From the NCBI GenBank assembly GCA_964609085.1, contig CAZSRZ010000006.1, positions 12,668-76,667 on the forward strand: 64,000 bases of DNA. Direction: 5' to 3'. The DNA is from an uncultured bacterium. Lineage in GTDB: Bacteria > Armatimonadota > SYMT01. A program made the position numbers and the translations under genes. The notes beneath the pieces were generated by a model. The model was not told the origin of the DNA and made no database searches. It saw only the letters and a program-made list of their open reading frames with translations. How positions within the stretch are numbered: the first letter of the stretch is position 1; the number at the start of each line of letters is the position of its first letter. Below are positions 47,815 through 56,915 of the stretch, in pieces.

Positions 47815-47910
47815 ATGGAATACGATCTGGTCCTCGAGATCGAAGAGCTCGAGGAGCGAACTGCCCCCGCCTTCATCTGGCTTCCCCCGGATGAGGGTGT
47901 CGGCCCCTAA
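47815..47910 (+). CDS. 31-aa putative precursor peptide MEYDLVLEIEELEERTAPAFIWLPPDEGVGP
   Basis: AGGAGG 7 nt before ATG 47815 and a TAA ending at 47910. The acidic leader ends EELEERTAP. It lies directly upstream of an RRE-peptidase fusion. Confidence 0.8.
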   Translation: MEYDLVLEIEELEERTAPAFIWLPPDEGVGP

Positions 47911-48162
47911 GTCAACCAAGTCAGCGATCAACACCCATCTCGCGAGATAGCTCCTGTTGCAGCAGTTGCTCCCCCGCGGACGACAACGGGAAGGCCGTGA
48001 GGTAGAGGCCGGCACATGCCGGCCGCAAGCCCCACGGTTAACCCCCGAAACCAACAGACATTCTGGCGCCCAAAGTCGACCTCTCCAGTCCCTTTTTTCC
48101 CTGCACCGTTGATGATCCGTTGTCTCCCGATTGGCTGAACCAGCCGCTTTCGGCAGACATGA

Positions 48163-50961
48163 TTGGGGTCTGCAAGAACCGTGCCAATCGCCACGCTGCG
48201 GGCGGCCGGCCAGGACCGCGTGCCCACGATGCCGTTCACGGAAGCTGACGCTCCCCAGCGACGCGCCCAGGTCGTGTTGCGTCCCTTTCTGGAGCCCGGA
48301 CGGGTGCAGGTGCTGGATCATGCCTCGGGTCGCCGATTCGGCGTGGGCGAAATCGAGGCCCACATCCTGAAGTCCCTGGACGGCATGACGACGCTCGGCC
48401 AGATCGCGGCCTCGATTCCGCGTGAGTTCCCCGGCGTGCGCGGATCGGTGGAAACCGTCGTGCGGTTTGCCGACCGACTTGAGGCTCTCGGTCTTCTCGA
48501 AGGATCCACCGCGCAGCGGGGATCCCGACGGCGGATCCCGCTGTTCCGACGCCTCGCAAAAGTGATGTCGCCTCCCATTCCCGCGGAGGGGCTCTACCGG
48601 TTGCTTCTGCCGCTCGTGCGTCTGGCTTATCGGCCCTGGGTGCTGGTGGTCTTGCTGATCGCGGTCGTGTGGGCCGGCTACGAATCGTTCTTCGACCGCG
48701 TCGCCTTGCTGGACTACGCTCACCTGTTCCAGCGAGGGACCGGCCTCCTCGCCGTCGTCGCCGGGATTGCCCTCATCGGCCTGATTCACGAACTCGGCCA
48801 CGGGCTGACGTGCCGTTACTTCGGGGCACCCAGCCGCGGGATCGGCTGCTTTTTCATCTACGGCATTCCGCTGTTTTACTGCGACGTGAGTGGCGCCTAC
48901 GATCTGAGCTCGCGCAGCCAGCGCATCGCCATCGACGCGGCGGGGCTCGGCTGGCAGCTCACCGCCGGCGCCGTTGCCTATCTCGGCTGGCGGGCCCTGG
49001 AGCCCGGTTCGTTCCCTGCGCTCATCTGCCAGGTGATGCTAGGGACCTGCGGCGCGATGTCGCTGATGAACCTGAACCCATTCATCCGGATGGACGGCTA
49101 CTATCTGTTGAGTGACTTCTGGAGCATCGCGAACCTGCGGGAGAAGTCGATCGGCTTTTTCCAATGGAAGATGGCTGCGATCCTCTGCGGGTCGCCCTCG
49201 CCGCGGGCTCGGTCGAGCCGCGAAGCGCGCATCTTCTTCTGGTTTGGGCTCCTGTCATCCCTCTACACCACTCTGCTGGTGTCGCTCTTGCTCTACTTCG
49301 TTTCTCGGTGGATGCTGTCACACTGGCACGGCACCGGGGCGGTTGTGTTGGGGTTCATGCTGATGAGCATCGCTGTCTCCTGGGCCAGGTCCACCGTGGC
49401 GCGCAGCCTCGCGCAGAGCAGCTCCGCGGGAGCGTCACCCACACCGCCGACTCCGCCCGAGGCCGGGACGGCGCCGCGGTCCTCTGCCGGGCCACGGCCG
49501 CAGGCGGCCGTGTCACCCGAGGGGCCGCCGCCATGGAAGCTGCCGCGCGCCCGCTTCACGCTGCTCTTCGTGATCCTCGCCATAGTCTGGTTCTGGAATG
49601 CGAAGTGGCACTTTTTCATCGCCAGCCCCTGCACGCTGGAGGCCTGGGAGCGAGTACCGGTCCGCCCGGCCGTGGAAGGCGTGCTGCGGAGCGTTCCCTT
49701 CAGCGAGGGGGACGTGGTGCGCCGGGGGGAGCTTCTCGGCGTCCTGGAATCGGCGGATCTCTCCAGCGCGCGGACCCAGGCCCGACAGAAGGCGCAAGCC
49801 GTCCAGGCCGTGGGGGACGCGATGGAGTTGGAAGCCCCCGTCACCCGATTGGAGAAGGAGCAGGCGATCATGTCCGCTCGGCAAGAGGTGCGGGCAGCGA
49901 GGGCGGATCTCGACAACATGCTGAGCGAGTTCCCGGCTCGTCTCGCCGAGGCCGATCGGCAGTTGAGCGAGGCCGGCAAGGCGGTCGATGCCGCGGAGTT
50001 GGTCGCGAAACGTCTCCGGGTGGATGAACGCGCCATGGCCGACGGCAACCTGCCACCGAACATGCAGGCCATCGCCGAGCGCATCCAACGTGTGGACGCT
50101 CAGCGGCGGCTGGCCGCGACGGATCTCCGGCGTACCGAAATCCTCGTGGGCGAGGGTGCGCTGCAGCGCCAGAAGTTGGACTCCGCGCAGGCGGATCTAG
50201 AGCAGTTGAGCCGTGATCGCGCCGCGCTGGAGAGTGAGCTGCGACAGGAGATGAAGGCCCTCCGAGAACGGCGGGAGGATGCGGAGGCCGAGGTGGAAGC
50301 GCGGCTGGCGGCCCGGCGAACCGCGGAAGAGACGCTGGAGCGGGTGCGACGGGAGACGCGCAACCAGAAGCTGGACGCCCAACGCGACGAAGTGCGAGCC
50401 CGCGAAGACCTTCTCGCCGCATCCATCAGCCTCCGGGCCGCGGCGGACATCAAGCGGGCCCAGGCACAGGCGAAGCGGCTGGAAGCTCGCCCTCTCGTGA
50501 CGGAGATCGGTCGGTTGGATCGGAAAATCCGAGAGACTCGGGTGTTGGCGCCCGCGTCCGGGATCATCAGCACACCCCGCCTCCGGGAGCGCGAAGGCAA
50601 GAAGTTCAACACCGGCGAGACGATTGCCTGGATTGACGAGGTGGATCGCCTGCGGGCTCGCGTCTTCGTGGACGAGAAGGAGATCGGCTTCGTGCACCTG
50701 GGGCAGGTGGTCCAGGTGAAGGTCGGGGCCTTCCCGGACCGGCTGTTTGAGGGCACGGTGCTGGAACAGGCCACGCGCGCTTCGGACAGGGGCGGGAAAC
50801 CCAGCTACGAGGTGATTCTGCGGATCCAGAACTCCGACCGCACGCTCCGCCCGGGGATCACCGGCTACGCCAAGGTGATCGTCGGCGATCGCCCGCTGCG
50901 CGAGGTCGTCTTCCGCAAGCTCATTCGCTACTTCCGGACCGAGGTCTGGACTTGGTTCTGA
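48163..50961 (+). CDS. Fusion of a PqqD/RRE-like domain, a site-2 (M50) intramembrane metalloprotease and a HlyD-family adaptor
   Basis: ILKSLDGMTTLGQIA...RLEALGLLEG (winged-helix RRE-like); IHELGHG (HExxH) and NLNPFIRMDGYY; VRPAVEGVL..EGDVV, a coiled coil, VLAPASGII and VDEKEI. Confidence 0.88.
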   Translation: MGSARTVPIATLRAAGQDRVPTMPFTEADAPQRRAQVVLRPFLEPGRVQVLDHASGRRFGVGEIEAHILKSLDGMTTLGQIAASIPREFPGVRGSVETVVRFADRLEALGLLEGSTAQRGSRRRIPLFRRLAKVMSPPIPAEGLYRLLLPLVRLAYRPWVLVVLLIAVVWAGYESFFDRVALLDYAHLFQRGTGLLAVVAGIALIGLIHELGHGLTCRYFGAPSRGIGCFFIYGIPLFYCDVSGAYDLSSRSQRIAIDAAGLGWQLTAGAVAYLGWRALEPGSFPALICQVMLGTCGAMSLMNLNPFIRMDGYYLLSDFWSIANLREKSIGFFQWKMAAILCGSPSPRARSSREARIFFWFGLLSSLYTTLLVSLLLYFVSRWMLSHWHGTGAVVLGFMLMSIAVSWARSTVARSLAQSSSAGASPTPPTPPEAGTAPRSSAGPRPQAAVSPEGPPPWKLPRARFTLLFVILAIVWFWNAKWHFFIASPCTLEAWERVPVRPAVEGVLRSVPFSEGDVVRRGELLGVLESADLSSARTQARQKAQAVQAVGDAMELEAPVTRLEKEQAIMSARQEVRAARADLDNMLSEFPARLAEADRQLSEAGKAVDAAELVAKRLRVDERAMADGNLPPNMQAIAERIQRVDAQRRLAATDLRRTEILVGEGALQRQKLDSAQADLEQLSRDRAALESELRQEMKALRERREDAEAEVEARLAARRTAEETLERVRRETRNQKLDAQRDEVRAREDLLAASISLRAAADIKRAQAQAKRLEARPLVTEIGRLDRKIRETRVLAPASGIISTPRLREREGKKFNTGETIAWIDEVDRLRARVFVDEKEIGFVHLGQVVQVKVGAFPDRLFEGTVLEQATRASDRGGKPSYEVILRIQNSDRTLRPGITGYAKVIVGDRPLREVVFRKLIRYFRTEVWTWF

Positions 50962-51587
50962 ATCGGGCCCCATTCGTCATCGGCATCGCGGGCGGTACCG
51001 GATCGGGAAAGACGACCGTCGTTACGGCTCTCATCGAGGCTGTCGGGGAGCAGCGGGTCGTCCGGCTGGAGCAGGACTCTTACTACCGCCATCGTGCCGA
51101 GCTGACCCCGGCCGCTCGCGCGGCCCTGAACTACGATCACCCGGATGCCCTGGATCTCGACCTCCTCGCCCACCATCTCCGCGAGTTGCGATCGGGACGC
51201 CCGGTGGAGACCCCCACTTACGACTTCCGCACACACCTGCGGAAAGCAACGGGCCGGAGGCTGGAGCCGCGGGCCTGCGTCGTGGTCGAGGGGATCCTGG
51301 TGCTCGGCAGCGCGGAACTCCGTGCGCAGATGGACCTGCGGCTCTACGTCGAGACCGACGCCGACATCCGCTTCATCCGGCGCCTTCGCCGAGACACCAT
51401 CGAGCGCGGCCGGACCGTAGAGAGCGTGATTGAGCAGTGGGAGCGGGCTGTCCGCCCCATGCACCTCGAATACGTCGAACCGAGCCGGCGGCACGCCCAC
51501 CTTATTGTCCCGGAAAGCGGAGGCCCAGAGGCGTTGGAGGTTCTGCTTAGTCGCGTCCGCGCCGTGCTGGGGTTGAAAGCCGGCTAG
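50952..51587 (+). CDS. udk: Uridine kinase
   Basis: GIAGGTGSGKTT, QDSYY, NYDHPDA, EGIL and RRLRRD..ERGR. Confidence 0.95.
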   Translation: MVLNRAPFVIGIAGGTGSGKTTVVTALIEAVGEQRVVRLEQDSYYRHRAELTPAARAALNYDHPDALDLDLLAHHLRELRSGRPVETPTYDFRTHLRKATGRRLEPRACVVVEGILVLGSAELRAQMDLRLYVETDADIRFIRRLRRDTIERGRTVESVIEQWERAVRPMHLEYVEPSRRHAHLIVPESGGPEALEVLLSRVRAVLGLKAG

Positions 51588-53707
51588 CCTAGACCTACCG
51601 ACCGGGCTACCCAGAAGGCCAGGGTGGCGCCGCCCCACGCCAGCCCGGTCATGTAAACCCACGCGAAGGCCGGCCATTTCCAGCTACCCGTCTCACGTCG
51701 CATGACGGCCAGGGTCGAGACGCACTGCATGGCGAGGACGTAGAACACCATCAAGCCGATCGCCGAGGCGGTTGAGAAGAGCGGCTGGCCCGTCCGCGGA
51801 TCGACCTCCGCCCGCATCCGTTGTCGCACGCTGACAGCCTGCCGGTCGTCGTCGTCCTCCACGCTATAGACGATGGCCATGGTGCCGACGAAAACCTCGC
51901 GTGCCGCGAACGACCCAAGGATGCCGATTCCCACCTTCCAGTCCATGCCGAAGGTGCTGAGCGCCGGCTCGAGGGCCTTCCCCGCGATTCCGGCGATGCT
52001 CTGCTCCAGTCGCTCGTGTGAGGGCATGGAGGGAGATCCGGGGTAGCGCATCGCCGCCCATAGCAGCACACTGATGCACAGAATCACGGTGCCCGCGCGG
52101 CTCACGAACTCGGACGCTCGCTCATAGGTCTGGGTCAGGACGGTGCGGATACCCGGCACCTTGTATGGCGGCAGCTCCATCAGGAAGAGCTGGGCGTCCC
52201 CCTTGAAAAGGGTGCGCTTCAGCACCGACGCCACGAGCAGGGCCGTGGTCAGCCCGAGCAGGTAGAGCCCCACCAGAACCAGCGCCGGCAGCGAGACCAC
52301 CATCCACAGGCGTCTGTCCGGGATGAATCCCGCGATGAGCAAGGTGTAGACTGGCAAGCGAGCGCTGCAGCTCATCAGCGGCGCCACCAGGATTGTCACC
52401 ATCCGGTCGCGCCGGTCTTCGATGGTGCGGGTAGAGAGGATGCCCGGGATGGCGCAGGCGAAGGAGCTGAGCAGTGGGATGAAGCTCTTGCCGTGCAGAC
52501 CCACTCTCGACATTACCCGGTCCATCACGAAGGCGGCGCGAGCCATGTAGCCCGAGTCCTCGAGCAGTCCGATGAAGAGGAAGAGAAAGGTGATTTGCGG
52601 CAGGAAGATGATCACACCGCCGACGCCGCCGATGACGCCATCGACAATCAGGCTCCGAAGGTCCCCCGGCGGCAGGAGGCCGCCCACCCACCCGCCGAGG
52701 GCACCCTGGGCGGACTCAATCCAGCTCATCGGCGTGCTGGACCAGGTGAACACGCCCTGCAGCATCAGGAGCATGAGGGCCAGGAAGAGGATGATGCCGC
52801 CGACTCGGTGAGTCGCGATGCGGTCGATGCGTTCCGACCAGGTGACTCTTGGCGGAGCATGCTCCACCACCTCCATCAGCATCTGGCGTATCCAGTCGTA
52901 GCGGGCTTCCACCGGCGCAGCCAATGGATCGAGACCCTCTGATCGCAGTCGCGCCTCCGCTGATTCCACGAGGAACAGCACGCTCGGCTGGTCCGCCAGG
53001 AGGGCGAGGCGAGCTTCCGGGGAGAGCGTGATGAGCTGGAGCGCGTGAAACAGCGCCAGAGGCGCCGAGGCGTAGCCGACGTTCCGCAAGCCTTCGGCCA
53101 GCTCCGTCAGTGTCGACCGGAGTGGTCCTTCCGCGAGCCAATCCGGCGGCTGGACGGGCAGCGGTGGCTTCGCGAGCAACTCGCGTAACGCGGGGATCCC
53201 CTCGCCACGAGTGGCGACCATTGGCACAACCGGAATTCCGAGTCGCTGCGAAAGCCGATCGGCGTCGACGCGAATCCCCATCCGGGCTGCCACGTCAACC
53301 ATGTTCAGGCAGAGGATCACCGGCAGTCCCAGATCAAGGATCTGGCCGGCCAAATAGAGGTTTCGGTCCAGGTTGCTGGCGTCGACGACGACCAGCACCA
53401 CCTCCGGCCGCGGTGGGAAACCACCCAGCAGCACGTCCCGCGCAATCCGCTCATCGGGAGAGCGCACAGAGAGCGAGTAGCATCCCGGCAGGTCGATGAC
53501 CATCGCGCCGGTTTCGGCGAGTCGGCCCTCACGACGCTCGACGGTGACGCCGGCGTAGTTGCCCACCCGGTGACGCAATCCCGTGAGCGCGTTGAACAGC
53601 GTTGTTTTGCCGCAGTTTGGGTTGCCCCCGAGGGCAATCACCCCTGGCGCTGCGGCCGCCGGCCGCGTCGCCTCGGAGGTGGCTCCGACTTCCTGAGGCG
53701 CGGACAC
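51584..53707 (-). CDS. feoB: Ferrous iron transporter B
   Basis: GNPNCGKTT, GNYAGVT, DLPG, LNMVD, EDSGYMAR, FACAIPG and MSCSARLP. Confidence 0.97.
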   Translation of the reverse strand: MSAPQEVGATSEATRPAAAAPGVIALGGNPNCGKTTLFNALTGLRHRVGNYAGVTVERREGRLAETGAMVIDLPGCYSLSVRSPDERIARDVLLGGFPPRPEVVLVVVDASNLDRNLYLAGQILDLGLPVILCLNMVDVAARMGIRVDADRLSQRLGIPVVPMVATRGEGIPALRELLAKPPLPVQPPDWLAEGPLRSTLTELAEGLRNVGYASAPLALFHALQLITLSPEARLALLADQPSVLFLVESAEARLRSEGLDPLAAPVEARYDWIRQMLMEVVEHAPPRVTWSERIDRIATHRVGGIILFLALMLLMLQGVFTWSSTPMSWIESAQGALGGWVGGLLPPGDLRSLIVDGVIGGVGGVIIFLPQITFLFLFIGLLEDSGYMARAAFVMDRVMSRVGLHGKSFIPLLSSFACAIPGILSTRTIEDRRDRMVTILVAPLMSCSARLPVYTLLIAGFIPDRRLWMVVSLPALVLVGLYLLGLTTALLVASVLKRTLFKGDAQLFLMELPPYKVPGIRTVLTQTYERASEFVSRAGTVILCISVLLWAAMRYPGSPSMPSHERLEQSIAGIAGKALEPALSTFGMDWKVGIGILGSFAAREVFVGTMAIVYSVEDDDDRQAVSVRQRMRAEVDPRTGQPLFSTASAIGLMVFYVLAMQCVSTLAVMRRETGSWKWPAFAWVYMTGLAWGGATLAFWVARSVGLG

Positions 53708-53709
53708 CG

Positions 53710-53946
53710 TCAGATCAGCGCGTCGAGGATCACCCCGGCGGCATCCCCGCGGCGCAAGGTCAGGCTGTGTCCGCGCACGCGAATCTCAATCGGGTCACCC
53801 AGCGGGGCGGCACGGATGAACCGGACGGGCGCGCCGCGGATTAGACCCATCTCCTGGAGCCGCACACGGATGTCCACGGCTCCGTCCACGCGCAGGATTC
53901 GGCCCTCTTCACCGGGGGTCAACGAACAGAGGCTTCGTTCGGACAT
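53710..53946 (-). CDS. feoA: FeoA family protein
   Basis: RLQEMGL..G..APLGDPI.I.VRG..L.LRR. Confidence 0.93.
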   Translation of the reverse strand: MSERSLCSLTPGEEGRILRVDGAVDIRVRLQEMGLIRGAPVRFIRAAPLGDPIEIRVRGHSLTLRRGDAAGVILDALI

Positions 53947-53977
53947 GGGGTGTGCGGCGACGGGACAATCGGGCAGG

Positions 53978-54235
53978 CTAGACAGGCTCGACAACGATCT
54001 GTTGTGCCAGGTGGCCGCTCAGGCCGATGCGGCTCTGGTGCACCAGACAGACGCAGGACGGGCCGCCCTGCAGGCAGCGGATGACGGCATTCTCGCAAAA
54101 GCCAAGCTCACGTAGGCGGTGGCACACGTCTGGCTGGCCTTCCAGCCGCCTCACGCGCACCGCGCTTCCGGGTCGCACCGCATTCAACGTCGTCATTCGC
54201 TTGCTCTGCCCTCGCCGATCCGATGGGTCGGCCAT
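53978..54235 (-). CDS. feoA: Second FeoA family protein
   Basis: LNAVRPG..RLRELGFCENA..SRIGLS..LA; the start is ATG 54235 or 54196. Confidence 0.85.
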   Translation of the reverse strand: MADPSDRRGQSKRMTTLNAVRPGSAVRVRRLEGQPDVCHRLRELGFCENAVIRCLQGGPSCVCLVHQSRIGLSGHLAQQIVVEPV

Positions 54236-54242
54236 CTGCCTA

Positions 54243-54271
54243 ACTATAGCGTGCCCGAAAGAACGGGGCAA
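54243..54271 (-). promoter_or_regulatory. Putative sigma70 promoter for the feo operon, possibly leaderless
   Basis: Minus strand TTGCCC-N17-TATAGT; ATG 54235 begins 7 nt after the -10 hexamer. Confidence 0.55.
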
Positions 54272-54289
54272 CCACAGCGGGCATTGAGA

Positions 54290-54305
54290 TTTAGTCGAGG
54301 CTAAA
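54290..54305. promoter_or_regulatory. DtxR/MntR-family operator-like palindrome
   Basis: TTTAG-TCGAGG-CTAAA between the divergent feoA and ppk1 genes. Confidence 0.6.
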
Positions 54306-54465
54306 CGCCCGGCGCGGACGCCGCTTCCCGCGTTGGAAGTGTTGGCGTCGGACGGAGACCGGCTTTCGGGGCGGCAGACCTCCGGGCCCGTCGTCCGGAC
54401 GCTCCCCCGGGGACGGGCCCCATCCGCCTCAATCGAAGCTGACACGAAACAGTGCCGTCCCTATC

Positions 54466-56883
54466 ATGATCCTCAAGCCCCTCCCGCGCGAGACATCAGT
54501 TATGCTCCTCGGCACCCCCGACGCCCCGGCCGACCCGCCCGGTAGTTCCAGTTCCGAACTGGCCGACCCGGCTCTCTACATCAACCGTGAACTCTCCTGG
54601 TTGGAGTTCAATCAGCGTGTGCTGGAGGAGGCCCTGGAAAAGGGTGCGCCTCCGCTCGAGCGACTGAAGTTCCTCGCCATCGTCTCGTCGAACCTGGACG
54701 AGTTCTTCATGGTGCGAGTCGCGGGGCTTCGGCGACAGATCCGCCTGGACGCAGTGACGCTTGCCGCCGACCTGATGGCCCCCGCCGACCAGTTGAAGGC
54801 CATCATGACCCGCTGCCACCAGATGGTGCAGGACCTGTACCGGTGTCTCCGGCGATCGGTCCTGCCGGCCCTGGCGGAACACGGCATCCGCATCCTTCCC
54901 GTGGAGGAGCTGAATAAGGAAGATGCCCGCTGGGCAAACGACTACTTCCACCGCCAGGTGTTCCCGGTCTTGACCCCACTGGCGCTCGACCCTGCACACC
55001 CCTTCCCGCACCTCCGCAATCGGAGCATCAATCTGATGGTGACACTCCGAAAGGGGAGGGGGCACCGCACCCCGCTCTATTTCGCGGTGGTGCAAGTGCC
55101 GGGAGTGTTGCCGAGGATCCTCCGGTTGCCGGGTGAGGGCGCCCGCTTCGTCTTGCTGGAAGATCTGATCAACCACCACATCTCGGAGCTGTTCCAGGGC
55201 CTGTCGGTGGTCGACTGCTACGCGTTCCGCATCACCCGGGATAGCGATCTCGACTTCGATGAGGATGAGGCGGAGGACCTGCTCGAGGCTATCCAGGAGG
55301 AGGTTCGTCGCCGTGACTGGGGGGTCACCGTCCGCCTGGAGGTATCGGGAACCGTGGGCGAACGTGCACAGCAGGAGTTGCTGGGAGCGCTGGGGATCAC
55401 CGCGGCGGAAGTCTACTGCGTCGACGGGCCGCTGAACTTGCCGGACTTCTTTGCCATCCAGCGCCTGCCGGAGTATCCGCACCTGCGCGACGAGCCCTAC
55501 GTCCCGCCTGTCCCCCGCCGACTTCAGGGCAAGAAGGACCTCTTCGCTGAGATTCGCGCCGGGGACATACTCCTGCATCACCCCTACGAGTCCTTTTCGC
55601 CCGTGGTTGAGTTCTTGCGGCAGGCGGCGGAAGACCCGGATGTGTTGGCGATTAAGATGACGCTCTACCGCACGAGCGGCAACTCTCCGCTGGTGGCAGC
55701 GTTGGCGCGGGCTGCCCAGAACCGGAAGCAGGTGACCGCAGTCATCGAGCTCAAGGCCCGCTTCGACGAGGAGAACAACATCGTGTGGGCGCGCTCTCTG
55801 GAGCGGGCCGGTGTGCACGTGGTCTACGGGCTGGTCGGCCTGAAGACCCATTGCAAGCTACTCATGGTCGTCCGGCGGGAGCATGGCGAAGACCGGCTGC
55901 GTCGCTATGTCCACCTGGGCACCGGGAACTACAACGCCGACACCGCCCGGCTTTACACGGATCTCGGCATCCTCACCTCTTCCCTTAAAGTGGGGCAGGA
56001 TGTTTCCCGGCTGTTCAATGTCCTGACGGGATTCTCGGAGTTTCCAGTCTGGCGGCGGCTGGCAGTGGCGCCGGTGGGCTTGCGGGCGCGCTTCCTCGAG
56101 TTAATCAAGCGGGAAGCCGACCATGCGCGGGCGGGGCGGCCGGCGCAGATCATTGCGCAGATGAACAGCCTGACGGACCCTGAGATTCTCCGCGCACTGT
56201 ATCAGGCCTCGCAGGCAGGAGTGAACATCCTGCTGATCATCCGCGGCATCTGCTGCCTGCGGCCGGGGATCCCCGGCGTCAGTGAGCGGATAGAGGTGCT
56301 GAGCATCGTCGGGCGATTCCTTGAGCACTGCCGCATTTTCTATTTCCGCAACGGGGACAAGGAGCTCTGCGGACCCGAGGCAGAGGTCTACCTTGCCAGT
56401 GCGGACTGGATGAATCGAAATCTCTCGCGCCGGGTGGAGATTGTGTTTCCCGTCGAGGATCCCGAGCTGCGCCGCCGCGTGGTGGAGGAGATACTGCTGG
56501 TCCGGGCGAGGGACACCAGCGCTGCGCGGCGGCTGAACCGGGACGGCAGCTACACCCGCGTCCGCGCCAAGCGCGGAGAGCGGCAGGACAGCCAGGCATG
56601 GTTTATGGCACGGGCCCTGGGCGAAAACGCTCCGGACGCGGAGAGGCCCTACGGTGCCGACCTGCTGCTGCACGACCCCGGCAACGCTCGACCGCCGCGC
56701 CCCCTCGAGGAGGACATGCTCGACGAGCAGTTCAGTTCGAAATCTGGCCTGGCCGGCGACGGCGAGCCAGGGCAGTACACTCCGCCCTACGCTGACGAGA
56801 CCGTGAGTCTTGCCGACGACTCCTGGGACGATGTGGGTTTCGCGTCGCCCCCGGCCGAACTGCCGTCCCGAACCAAGCCGTAA
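54466..56883 (+). CDS. ppk1: Polyphosphate kinase 1
   Basis: NRELSWLEFNQRVL, LDEFFMVRVAGL, LLHHPYESF, LKARFDE, KTHCK and GRFLEH. Confidence 0.97.
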   Translation: MILKPLPRETSVMLLGTPDAPADPPGSSSSELADPALYINRELSWLEFNQRVLEEALEKGAPPLERLKFLAIVSSNLDEFFMVRVAGLRRQIRLDAVTLAADLMAPADQLKAIMTRCHQMVQDLYRCLRRSVLPALAEHGIRILPVEELNKEDARWANDYFHRQVFPVLTPLALDPAHPFPHLRNRSINLMVTLRKGRGHRTPLYFAVVQVPGVLPRILRLPGEGARFVLLEDLINHHISELFQGLSVVDCYAFRITRDSDLDFDEDEAEDLLEAIQEEVRRRDWGVTVRLEVSGTVGERAQQELLGALGITAAEVYCVDGPLNLPDFFAIQRLPEYPHLRDEPYVPPVPRRLQGKKDLFAEIRAGDILLHHPYESFSPVVEFLRQAAEDPDVLAIKMTLYRTSGNSPLVAALARAAQNRKQVTAVIELKARFDEENNIVWARSLERAGVHVVYGLVGLKTHCKLLMVVRREHGEDRLRRYVHLGTGNYNADTARLYTDLGILTSSLKVGQDVSRLFNVLTGFSEFPVWRRLAVAPVGLRARFLELIKREADHARAGRPAQIIAQMNSLTDPEILRALYQASQAGVNILLIIRGICCLRPGIPGVSERIEVLSIVGRFLEHCRIFYFRNGDKELCGPEAEVYLASADWMNRNLSRRVEIVFPVEDPELRRRVVEEILLVRARDTSAARRLNRDGSYTRVRAKRGERQDSQAWFMARALGENAPDAERPYGADLLLHDPGNARPPRPLEEDMLDEQFSSKSGLAGDGEPGQYTPPYADETVSLADDSWDDVGFASPPAELPSRTKP

Positions 56884-56915
56884 CCGGCGAAGCCGACCGG
56901 GGAAAGGAGCGGGAG

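Noticed and set aside
47911-48162. Additional precursor peptides or a terminator between the peptide and the fusion gene
   Set aside because: I found no second RBS-ORF with the leader motif. The GGCCGGCA/TGCCGGCC palindrome (48007-48024) and the T7 run (~48092) are not adjacent, so this is not a canonical intrinsic terminator.
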